DNA from: Marsupella aquatica
Taxonomy: Eukaryota > Plantae > Marchantiophyta
Assembly (NCBI GenBank): GCA_973895155.1
Contig: OZ316897.1
Span: 22,481,455 to 22,545,454 of the forward strand
Length of the DNA: 64,000 bases
Reading direction: 5' to 3'
A model generated the notes under the pieces. The model worked only from the letters and a program-made list of their open reading frames with translations, was not told where the DNA came from and did no database searches. Shown here piece by piece: positions 53,891-64,000 of this stretch. Both the position numbers and the translations under genes were made by a program. Position 1 is the stretch's first letter; each line of letters opens with the position of its first letter.

Positions 53891-55974
53891 TACTTTTGGT
53901 CTGGTTCTAAGTGTGTCAATCTTTTTCAGGATCATGTCGAACAAATCAAAGTCGTCTGGTTCGACCCAGTCTTCATGGACATCCATCGTCGATGAGATTT
54001 GGAAGAAAGACCTTTACACGGAGGAGAAACTCGTGAGGAATAGGTGGTACTTCAGGGATGCTCGGGCGATGGATATTCACAGAGCCTATGAAGGTCCAGC
54101 GGTGTGGTTGGTTATTGTTAAGGGTAAAGACCATTGCCATTATGGATTAGTCATGGACACCGGGGAGGCGGATATCACCGACTCAAAAACAAAATAGCTG
54201 AAGAAGATTCCAATGTACCTTTGCATTCTTCCGAACAATGCCTTCACTGTAGTTGTCCTCAACTATGAGAAACTTGATCGGGTCTCGATGAACACACTTC
54301 CTGATGACCCAATCTGCCAGCTAATTTCGGAAGTGCCGGAGATTGAGGACTTTTCTTATTGGTGTTTGAAATTTGTCTTGAAGTCTTGGAGGGTTGTTGA
54401 GGATTTTACGAAGGTAGCGTATAGGTCCGTTGTTGGAGCCGACTTTGGCGTCAAAGAGCGGCCTTTGAAGTTGAAAGTGACAAAGCCTACCGATCTGGCT
54501 TCGAAGTCAGGGGAGATGTCTGGAACACCCTCGACAAAGGAGAAATCTGCCACAGTTTCTTTTAAGGAACCGGCAAAGAGGAAGCTTGCAGATCAACTCT
54601 TTGGGGAAGGCTCTAAAGTAGCAGTGTCAGGAGAAGCTATTGTCAAGAAGAAATTGGATCAACGTGACATCCAGAAGCGCGCGCCTTCTGCACCAGGAAG
54701 TGTTGTCTCATCTTTGGTCCCACCAATTTCACAGACACCTTCTCAGATTCCTTCAACTTTGTCAGGTGGGCCTTCTTTATCATCTAGGGGAGCTGTTAAA
54801 GAAAAGAAAAACGATTCAACAGATATCACCACAGCTTTGCAGCGGGAAGAGACACATGTGGTTCGTGAAGAAGTGTCTCGGTTGATGGAGACTAAGCGAG
54901 TTCAGAAGATAACAGTTATTCTAAAAACAACTAACCTGCTTCTTGTTGACAATATTGACAACGAGAACTCAACGTTGGTTCGAACAGTCGATCGGTTGCA
55001 TGTGGAGAACATCAAGACTTTGATGAAAATGAATCCAACAAATTTCACGACGCCATTTGTCTTGTTTGTGATCCCCAAAGACTGCCCGACAGTGACAGAC
55101 TGGGACCCAGAAAAGGCAACAAGCTGGAGATATCGAGTGATTGGAGGTAATCATGGTGCTCGGGCTAAGAGAGAATTGTATCAGGCTTATGGGAGAGAGA
55201 TCTTCAATGAACGCCAAGCTTGGGTGTATGCTGGTCTCACAAGGGAGGACATTCAGAAACTTAGCATCCAACATAATATTGATCAGGAGTACAGGAAAAA
55301 AATGAACAACATTGATCAAATCCGAACAATGCACAAGATTTTCTTTGCCAGAGGAATGGCAAAAACCAAGGAGACTAGAGAAGCGTGTGCGATGGAGGTT
55401 TGCCTCGACGGGTTTTTTCCGGGGGACGCCACAAGCCTGAAGAAGCATGAGCCTCTCTTCCAAATTGCGTTTAGGTCGGGTAAGGTCTGGGAACTCCAAG
55501 ACCAGATCTTTGAGATGTGGAACAAGTTGGAGATCAAAGGGCAGAATAAGCAGAAGTCACCGATCAAGAAACTCAAGAAAGGAAAGGGAAAAGCGCAGTT
55601 GATTCCAAAAGCTTTGAATAAGCTTGCAGGGGGCCTTACTTTGACACCTTGGAGAGCAATCCAGGGAATTGAACACGACCAATTTTTGGAGTCCCTTCTT
55701 CTCCGAGTGAAGTACCGGATGATCACTTTGGAGCAGATAGCAAAAGAAGCCGAGAGTTACAAGAAACTTGTGAAAATCAGCAAGCTTTTTGTTCAGTTGT
55801 CAGGGTAGAAAGACTGGGCGACTTGCAAACGAATGTTTCCAAAAGAAACAGAATCTGCCGAGCTTGAAAGATGGAGTGGGAAATTGTCCGATGTGGTATG
55901 TTCTCCCCTTCCACTGATTGGACTTTTCTATTTGTTTCGCCATGTTCGGAGGTTTTCTTCGTGGATTTCTTGTT

Positions 55975-56285
55975 GGAATGCGAAGTGGGATACGAGGTAT
56001 CCCATCTCGGATTCACTTGTGCTTATTTGATGTTGATGATGTTTCAATGCGGTTTTTTCTTGGTTGAATGCCAAGTGGGATACGCGGTATCCCATCTCGT
56101 ATTCACTTGTGGTTATTTGACGTTTGTGATGTTTCAATGTGGTTTTTGCTTGGTCAAATGCGAAGTGGGATACAAAGTATCCCATCTCGGATTGACTTGT
56201 GGTTATTTGACGGTGGTGATGTTTGACTATGGTTTTTGCTTGGTTGAATACGAACTAGGATACAGAGTACCCCATGTCGTATTCG
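55975..56285. repeat. Palindrome array (4 units, ~90-bp period) inside intron 55896-56372
   Basis: TGGGATAC-N3-GTATCCCA units near 55985, 56075, 56165, 56255 (last degenerate). Confidence 0.9.
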
Positions 56286-57640
56286 TCGTCCAGATTTGAT
56301 TGTTTGAATTCCTAAATGGTTATGTCGCCATTGTCTTTCCTCCAGATTCTTTTAACAAGTTTGCGTTTGCAGTTGAAAGCTTTTTTGAAGAAGAAGAACA
56401 AGGATGCAATTGGTGCCGATGCGGTTGAGAAGCCTATGGAGGAGCTAACTTCGAGTGTTATTCCCTCGGGGTTTAAGAATTACGTTCAAGAAGCGATTGA
56501 GAACTACAACCGTCGTCATGGGATTGAAATAGTTGAAGCAGAGTCGAGTGACCATCGATGGAAAAATGCCGACGGAAATTTTATCAGATATATATTGCAT
56601 TGTGGAGATGTCAGGGCGCTGGATAAGTTTGTAGAGAAAAGGAATTACACACTTACAATTGCAGACATTCCTTATGGATTCAATGCGCCTGGCTCTGAAA
56701 ATGATGAGGTCCCATTTTCAGAGAGTGATATTGTGGATATGGTGAATTGTTTTGCCAAGGTGACAAGTTCGATGTGGAGGTTTGTTGTGATTCACTCTTT
56801 GCAGCAAACTTGGTCTGTGATGAATGCTCTTGGAAAAACTTGTAACGCAGGTGTAGAGGCTGGAATTTGGGAGAAGCCAAATGTACATGCTCATCCTTCC
56901 AGGAATCGATTGGCTTGGGCTTTCGAAAACTGGTCAATCGGATATTATCACGAGAGTGGTATTAGGACCAGAGACATGTACAATTTTGAACATGATGAGA
57001 AAAGGGTAAACATCATAAAAGTCCCTTGTGTTACAAAGAAATGTGTAACTCCATTGGGAGAAATAGTGAACCCTTACCAGAAACCGATAGCTTTAGCAGA
57101 TTGGTTCGTTCAACATTTTAGTGAAGTAGGGGATTGGGTTGCTGATTTATGTGCGAGGAGTGGTTCGACCTCATGCGCTGCCTTGTTAGGGAAACATCCG
57201 GTGACAGCCGTGGAGCTCAGTGCAAGCCAGGTGGATTGTATTCGGACCCGACTTGTCACGCTTGATGAATCGTGGGACTTGAATGATGAAGCAACCGAGG
57301 AGGGTACAGGACCCATGAGCTTTGAGGTTCAACCACCTATTGGTGGTACTACGAGCACCCTCACCACTGGAACTTGCATTATTACAACCGCGGAGGAGAA
57401 CGACATTGATGAGGATGAAGTGGAACATGAAGCTCCGGCACTTGATCTTGGCTCATTCCTTGAGGTGTAGACTTAAGTTTGATTAGTTCTCTCATGCATG
57501 TTGTATCTATTGATCCAAACTTGTGAAATATTCAGGAAGATTATGATTGGACTATGTTCTTATTTCACAAAGTAATGTCTTTGCAGGAACCAAAGGAGGA
57601 TTTTGTATTGAAACATGTTCTGCATAGATTCTCACACAAT

Positions 57641-57936
57641 CTTGGGGGTTTCACTTCCCCCAAAATGGCATATCACGTGCGACGAAGTATAGGGTCATTT
57701 TATTGGTTCGAAGGGAAGACTTAAGAATTTTTGGAGAAGAACAATAGGGTCTTTTAAATTCAATTTTGAGACTTATAAGAACATTAGTGTCCTTATAACC
57801 AAATTTTTGGAATGTTCCGAGAATATTCCAACTTTATAGGGGTTGAAAAAAATTAAAATTTCTTACATTTTAGGGGGTCCAAGGCCTAAAAACGTCGTAG
57901 GTGATGGGGAGGCATCCATGTAGTGAGACCCCCGAG
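57641..57936 (+). mobile_element. MITE family A copy nested in the Ulp1 exon
   Basis: TSD CACACAAT (57633-57640, 57937-57944); removal restores the frame FSHN-PSSGFLLDNK. Confidence 0.93.
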
Positions 57937-58813
57937 CACACAATCCTTCTAGTGGATTTCTTTTGGACAATAAAACATTGAGCCAACTTGAACCCGGTCA
58001 ATATTTGGGTGATGAAATAATGGAATTTTACCCACAATTAATAACCGAGGAACATGGAGATCTGGCTCCCTCAGTAAACACATTATCCTCTTTTTTTTAG
58101 CCTTGGCTTGTTTCAAGGATTGAAACAGAACCAGCTGAGACCTTGTTGGAATCAATTCAAAAGATGCGGAATTATTACAAGCCACCATTTTCCCAAATTG
58201 AGGTCATTCTCATGCCAATTCATATGAGCATGCACTGGAGTCTGGTTGTAATATGTTTGGATCGAATTGAATCTTCGATCAAAATGTATCATCTAGACTC
58301 TCTCACTGGTCTACACTCAACCCATGTAATTGGATCAATACTGAGCAGATACATATATATTCTATTATATTTTTTCAATTTGAATTTATTTATGTGGTAC
58401 ATAAATATAAACACTTTGGACTAAGAACTTTGAGTGATAATTTGCAGATATTTTACAATGGAATGGAAATTATTTTTTGGAAAAGTTCCAATGGGAGTTG
58501 TGGAGATATACAATCCAATGGTAAGGATTTGAAAAGTTATTTCAACTTTTATTTAGTTCAATTATTAAACACTTTGGACTAACTTTAAGATTCTTTCTCA
58601 GGTACCTCAACAACCAAACAATTCAGATTGTGGTCTATTTGTTTTTCAAAATATGAACGAAATCAGAATTCAATGGCATATTACACAATGCCTTGATGCA
58701 CAGTCTTTATTTACTGAAAAATGGTACAATTGTAAAAGAGCATGTAACCTTAGAAAATTTATTCGAGATCAAATTCTAAAATTGATGCATGTACCTGTTT
58801 AAGGATATCAATC

Positions 58814-61800
58814 TCAATCCTCTGAGTGTGTAGAACCTCTCTCCAATATAGTAGACTCTATAATTTTTTTAGTTTTTGCTGCTATTTGATTAGTACTTAA
58901 AAGCGCAAAGTTGTATGCATATACCGCTGTTGATGATAGAACTAGTTTATCTTGGAGAAGTCGATTAGATATATTATCTTTCTCTGGAAAATATTTCCCA
59001 TCAATAGCAGACTCAGCACTTGCCTCAGTTGTGTACCATGTGATTTTGATTCTCTCAGGAATGTCTGCAGTTCTTGTCAAAATCTTTGACACCTTTGCCA
59101 TCCAAAACAACTTGCCTTCTGGATCCTTGTGTGTCGCTACACATATCATGGACCACTTATTGTTAACTTCCATATCTCTGAAATCTCCAAATTCAGCTTG
59201 CTTTCGTCGAGGTCTAGAGTACATAATTCTCTGTGGTCCAGCAACTTTGTCAATCAAAGTTGGATCAACACCTTCTTCAACAAGTTCATTTCTCACCCTT
59301 GGAAGTAGTTGTGCACCTTGATTTTGTTGCGGCCAAACCCACTCAAATAACCACTCACCTTCCTCTAGGTGGTTTTTGATAATATCTTTTTGTTTCTCAA
59401 AAAAACTCATCCACCAAAGTTTATCTTCATTGTCAAAGTAATTGAAACCTTCCTGGATAGCTTTTTCATATTTCACCAGAGTAGTTAATGCACCATCTAT
59501 ATTGGAAGAATCATGGACATCATCCTTCTCAACACCTTTTGCTGACTTTAGTGACATTTGTGCAGCAACCCACATTCTTGAAGTTGGAATGTAATTGACG
59601 AACGTCACTGCATCTCCCCAATCCTGGGTCGTGGAAAGATGTTTCCCGTGAAATGTTGTCTCTTCGTTTCCATCCTCCATGACTCGTTTGAATCTGGATT
59701 GCCTTTGAAAAGTTATGAGATTGAGATCTCTCAAGACTCTACCTGAGACTCCCTTCTCATTTGGCTGGTCGTTTTCATTGACAAATTTTTGAAAATCGGC
59801 TACTTCATCCACAAATATGATCAAAGCTTCAGGTGAATATGCTCGTCGAATAATATCCTCAAGAGTCTCCAAGCGAAATGCTTTGTGCTTGTTTAACCTA
59901 GACAAAAATTTACTAAACATCTGATCTATCTATGTGTATGACCGACCAACAAGAAACCCACTTTAATCTTGTCAAAAATCTTCAAATCTACTAACATGTG
60001 AAGATAAACCATCAAGAATTTATTCTTGTTTTCTCGAGTGGTATTATCTAATTGAAGATATAACACTCTTGGTAATGTCCCATCCCATGTATTCAATACA
60101 TTTTGAATAACATGTATGGTCAAGTTTGCATCATTATGGATATTGGGATATGTCAAAAATACTTTTGCTACAAGGTTCCTGTTGAAGATGAGACAACCTA
60201 CAACATGTATTGGAATGAAATACTTTTCATCCATGTTCTTTGGACAACGAATAAAATGTGGTAGCTCTATTTTCTTTTGATCCATACCATCTATACAAAT
60301 ACCCAAATACTTGTTGGGCTCATCATAGCATTTTTTACGATGCTTGGCTAACTTCATCCTTTCCAATGATTGTACTTTTTGATGCTCCATAAGGGCATTG
60401 ATATACTTTCCTAAAATGATACAATAGCAATGAATTAAAAATCAATAACTAAGGATAAACTTTGACAAATATTGAATTACATGTCATTAAATTAAAGTAT
60501 AGTTAGTGGAACTTACTTTTATCCTCTTCAGTTGTTGCTTTGTCCCGAAGAGCCTTGAATTCAGTACAAGGACCACAAGTAGAAAATCGACTCCTTTTAG
60601 GAATTCGTACATTTGGAAACTTTTTTTCCAAACACGCAAAAAATAAGAATATGTAACTTGTTGTTCTTCTCACAACATTGTTTCAGCTTCAAAGATTCCA
60701 TGTATCTCTTGCTTTGTCCAATTGTCTGGCAAGTGATGAATCTCTTTATGGGGAAGACTATCCATATTTTTTTGGAAAAAATCTTTCAATCATTCCACCA
60801 AGTTTAGAAATGAAGGTGAGTCTTCCTTACAAAAGGTATCTCGTTCAATCCTTGTAAACATGTTTGCATGGATTGTTGCCAATCTATTATTACCTAAAGA
60901 ATATAGTTTCTTGAATCCTCCTCTACATATAGGTTGTCCATTTACACTATACCCACGAGAAGTACTATAGTTGTTCATGATACAACCTCGTAGCAAAATA
61001 TTTTTTTGCAAGTGTTTAAGACCAAAATAATACTTGCGTTGTTTTGAGCATTCCTCTAGACCCAGAGACCTCAAGCAAAACTTGTCACAACAGGGATACT
61101 TAAAAATATCTTTAATTTTGCATTTTTTTAGATTTGCAATGGTAAGTCTATCTTTTCTAATCATCTTATCTTTGATTTTCTTGCTGGGTCTTGTCACCTC
61201 TACTCTATCATGAATAGTGTCGGGAGAACTTACCCCCCCTATTTTCTAGTGAATTAGAATTTAAAACAAAAAGATCTTCTGTAGAGTTGTTTCCACTCTC
61301 CACATTTTCTGTAATTGTTTCATGAACAATCTCACATCTCAGGATCTCTTCAACAACATTTGAGATTACAACAGTCTCTCTGTCATTTGCAGCCTCCTCT
61401 GATCTCTCTTCAAAGTCTTCTAAAAATGTAATAGGTGTTCGGAGATTTCTAGTTTGAAATCTTCTAATGATATTCACATCTTCAGTCGGAGTACCGCCCA
61501 CTTGTCTCTAAGACTGTAATCCCATCCTAGGTGATTCTTCTTGACTTGAGGGCTCATCTTGACCATTGAATAATCTTTGGACAAGCTTCAATTTAGCATG
61601 TACCCTTGAATTTTCGGGCCCTCTCTCCGGCAGCTCACTTCGCAATAATCTCCGAGGAATTTTTTGGACACTAGATCTCTTCCCTCTTTCGTTCTGCACT
61701 TGCTGTCCAATGGAAGATCCAAAAACCTCACACTGCATCCTCGCCAAAGGGCTTTGAAGTCCCATGTTGTTAGTTTTACCACTCTATGAAATAACTGATG

Positions 61801-62686
61801 GGAATACCGATTGGGATCCATGGATCCCAACTCGTATTCGTCCTTCGGGACTTCAAAGTGAAAACTTTCCCACTTGCTGTTCTGCGTCATGACTTGGTAA
61901 TTTTCCGTTGCACAATACGAACTGGGATCCGCGTATCCCATTTTGCATTCCACCATCAGAACTCGGGTTAAAAGTCCGCAAGACCGGTGAATCGGGCACA
62001 GGATTCTGCAAAATAACACGAGGGAATACTAAGTGGGATCCATGGATCCCACTTTGTATTTGACCCAAGGAATTTGGTACTGAAGGAGACAAAATAGGTA
62101 ATTCACGTTCACCGTTTCTCAACATTCGAGTAGGGAATACCAAGTGGGATCCGTGGATCCCACTTGGTATTCGACCCACCAAATTTGGCTCCGAGGCTGC
62201 CCCTCCCTACAATTCCGGCACATTTGGACTCCTCATTCGCTCAAACTATGATTGAACACTGGACACAGCTATCTTCACTCCCGCAGAACGAGACATTGGA
62301 AAAACCAACGGAGATCTTCGGGCGGGCCTACATGGTAACGTTGTTCTTGGCATTAAAAACCGGGGCCTTCGCCTTTGAAGATCTGTTGGGGTTCACGGTG
62401 AACTAAGTGTCTCTGTCGTAGGAACTACATTAGGCTTTTTTATAAGTAGACGTCGTTTAAGAGGTTTACTTGGAGAGACATAGTATGAAATCGGAGCACC
62501 CACAACACTCCTACAAGACTCTGAATCAGACTCTGATTTCTCAGATTCTGAGGAAAATGAAATCTCTGGCACTACTCTCTGTGAGGCTGGTAATTCATTC
62601 ATCAAACGAGATGGAATAAATTTTTGAACAACATCTGGCGAAGATGCATCTGAACTGTAAATTGACTCATCACTTGAAGACGCCAT
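58814..62686 (-). pseudogene. DDD transposase (DUF7869/Sola-like) with Cys-rich N-region; disrupted
   Basis: CCDKFC, ICRGGFKKLYSLG, RFSTCGPC, intron 60516-60411, IDGMDQKKIELPHF, LQLDNTTRENKN, FLLVGHTH/IDQMFS (frameshift ~59925), FWMAKV..ITWY; stop at 60790. N-terminal extent (ATG 62686) is tentative. Confidence 0.85.
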
Positions 62687-63460
62687 AGAGAATCAAACAA
62701 GGGTTGTATAGGAGTACATATTCATATCCAACAGAGAAAATTCAGATTACAGTATTCTATGAAAACAACTACTCAATACTGAACGAACCTCAAAGTAATC
62801 GCGAGAAATGAAGATGAAAAACAGATGCGAGCTCTTCCTTTTATAGTTTTCGGGGGCATTGGACACATGACATACCCTGATTGGTCCGTACGAGGGTTTT
62901 TTCACGTGAGAGTCTATCTTTTCAAAGAATGCTGAAATTTAAATTGTAGATTTTTGAGGAAGTCGTCGTGGATCCCAGTTGGTCTTCAAACTAGAATATC
63001 AAGGTATGCGATGCAAAAACTTCAAAATGTAGAGGTTGAATACTAGATGGGATCCATCCCATCTGGTATTCATCCTCCTGTTTTCCTGATCAGTTTTTGG
63101 ACTTGCGAAAAAAATGGGATCCATGGATCTCAGTTGGTATTCATGTCGAAAGATCTCCTGATGCAAAGTTGCAAGTGGAAAACATTGAGGTTGAATACGA
63201 TAGTGGATACTTGGATCCCATCTCGTATTCATCATGCGTTATGGGCTAAAAAATTTCCGGACATGTCATCGGGTTAACTTAACTAACTGTGTGGTTCGAC
63301 TGTAGTCCGCGATTAGTTTTTTGCAGTTTTCAATTTTACCGCAGTTAAAAATTCAAACATTTTTAACCCAAGGTTAAATGGAAGCGTCAAGAGAATGATT
63401 TGGTGTGGTTTTCGTCCATGTTCAATGGTTGAATCCAAAATGGGATATGTCGTATCCCAT
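61800..63460. repeat. Right-arm palindrome variants (TGGGATCC..GGATCCCA and GGGATA..TATCCC)
   Basis: Copies near 61810, 61925, 62035, 62145, 63050, 63115, 63205, 63440. Confidence 0.85.
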
Positions 63461-64000
63461 TTTCAGTTTGCCATTTTGATGGCGAAAATGAAATCTTGTG
63501 TTTTACTCATTTTGTTTGACGCTCAGATTTAGCTTTTAGAAGGATCACGTGAAAAGCATTGTTTTTCCAGGTTTTGGAATTTGCACTGTTTTTAGATGAA
63601 GTGTATCGGAATTCTGGATTGTGACGATTCTGTGTTTTTGCGTCGACAGTATCTCGATTTGAAATCCGATGTTGGATGCAATTTTGGATTCATCCTCAAA
63701 ATAGCGTTTTTGATCTTAATTTTAGTGATTTTTTGCCATTTTTTGCGAAATCAAAAACACACTTCTCGTTTGGTGGTCATACTTCTTGTTTGGTCCGTCA
63801 CTGTGTTTATTACAAAACAAGATTGGTTTCTTGCAAAAAATTGGTATCAATAGACACTCCATAGATGTTGTCGTTTGTAAGAATAACCGTCAGGCCAAAG
63901 TGAGGATGGCTTGGCCTTGCCCACAACTGCAAAATAATCATGGACTAATGCTGAACATGTCAATGGCCATGCATGGGCCTCATTATATACACAATGTCTG

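Larger units (their letters stand above)
53934..58802 (+). pseudogene. Spliced ParB/Srx-like + beta-class N6A/N4C DNA methyltransferase + Ulp1 (C48) protease fusion; exons 53934-55895, 56373-57464, 57587-58348 (minus MITE), 58448-58520, 58602-58802
   Basis: YRVIGGNHG (55140); DIPY (56664), NPYQKP, GDWVADLCARSGST (57144); LEPGQYLGDEIMEFY, HWSL (58233), HLDSL, PQQPNNSDCGLF (Cys 58629); junctions in frame; in-frame TAG at 54195, 55806, 58098. Confidence 0.8.
50867..63807. mobile_element. Complete ~12.9-kb TIR DNA transposon (DDD Sola/DUF7869-like) with cargo genes
   Basis: TIR AACACAGTGACGGACCAAACGAGAAGTGTGACCAC at 50867 matches the reverse complement ending at 63807 with 2 mismatches; TATT on both flanks (50863-50866, 63808-63811); transposase inside. 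Confidence 0.9.

Noticed and set aside
53411-53995. Repetitive ORFs (KWDTAYPISH / ECEMGYAVSH), also at 55871-56299 and 61853-62182
   Set aside because: By-products of the 90-bp palindrome arrays, open on both strands and inside predicted introns
51370-56285. Regularly spaced palindromic repeats as a CRISPR array
   Set aside because: Eukaryotic context, intervening sequences resemble each other instead of being unique spacers, repeats are degenerate, and no cas genes are present
56316-57470. Bacterial contamination as the source of the methyltransferase
   Set aside because: It is joined by spliceosomal-type introns, lies within TIRs, and the same gene is interrupted by the host MITE found elsewhere in the window

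Overview
Eukaryotic nuclear DNA from a land plant: GT-AG introns, plant gene families and many transposon relics. A bryophyte or liverwort host is plausible but inferred. The first ~39 kb holds intact host genes: a GNAT acetyltransferase, a glutamate formiminotransferase-like gene, a SPARK/RKF3-like receptor kinase, an ASR3-like trihelix factor and a bacterial-type PLP group II decarboxylase. There are two processed pseudogenes (FHY-like HAD/riboflavin kinase and RPL23) and at least 8 copies of a MITE group with CYYRG termini and 8-bp TSDs. The main discovery is a complete ~12.9 kb DNA transposon (50867-63807) bounded by ~35-bp TIRs. It encodes a DDD (Sola/DUF7869-like) transposase on the minus strand. 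On the plus strand it carries an F-box-like ORF and a spliced gene that, once a nested MITE and three nonsense codons are removed, reads as one ParB/Srx-like + beta-class N6A/N4C DNA methyltransferase + Ulp1 SUMO-protease fusion. About 25 copies of a ~40-bp palindrome lie in its subtermini and predicted introns. This copy is inactivated by point mutations. All family assignments come from motif recognition by eye; no database searches were run.
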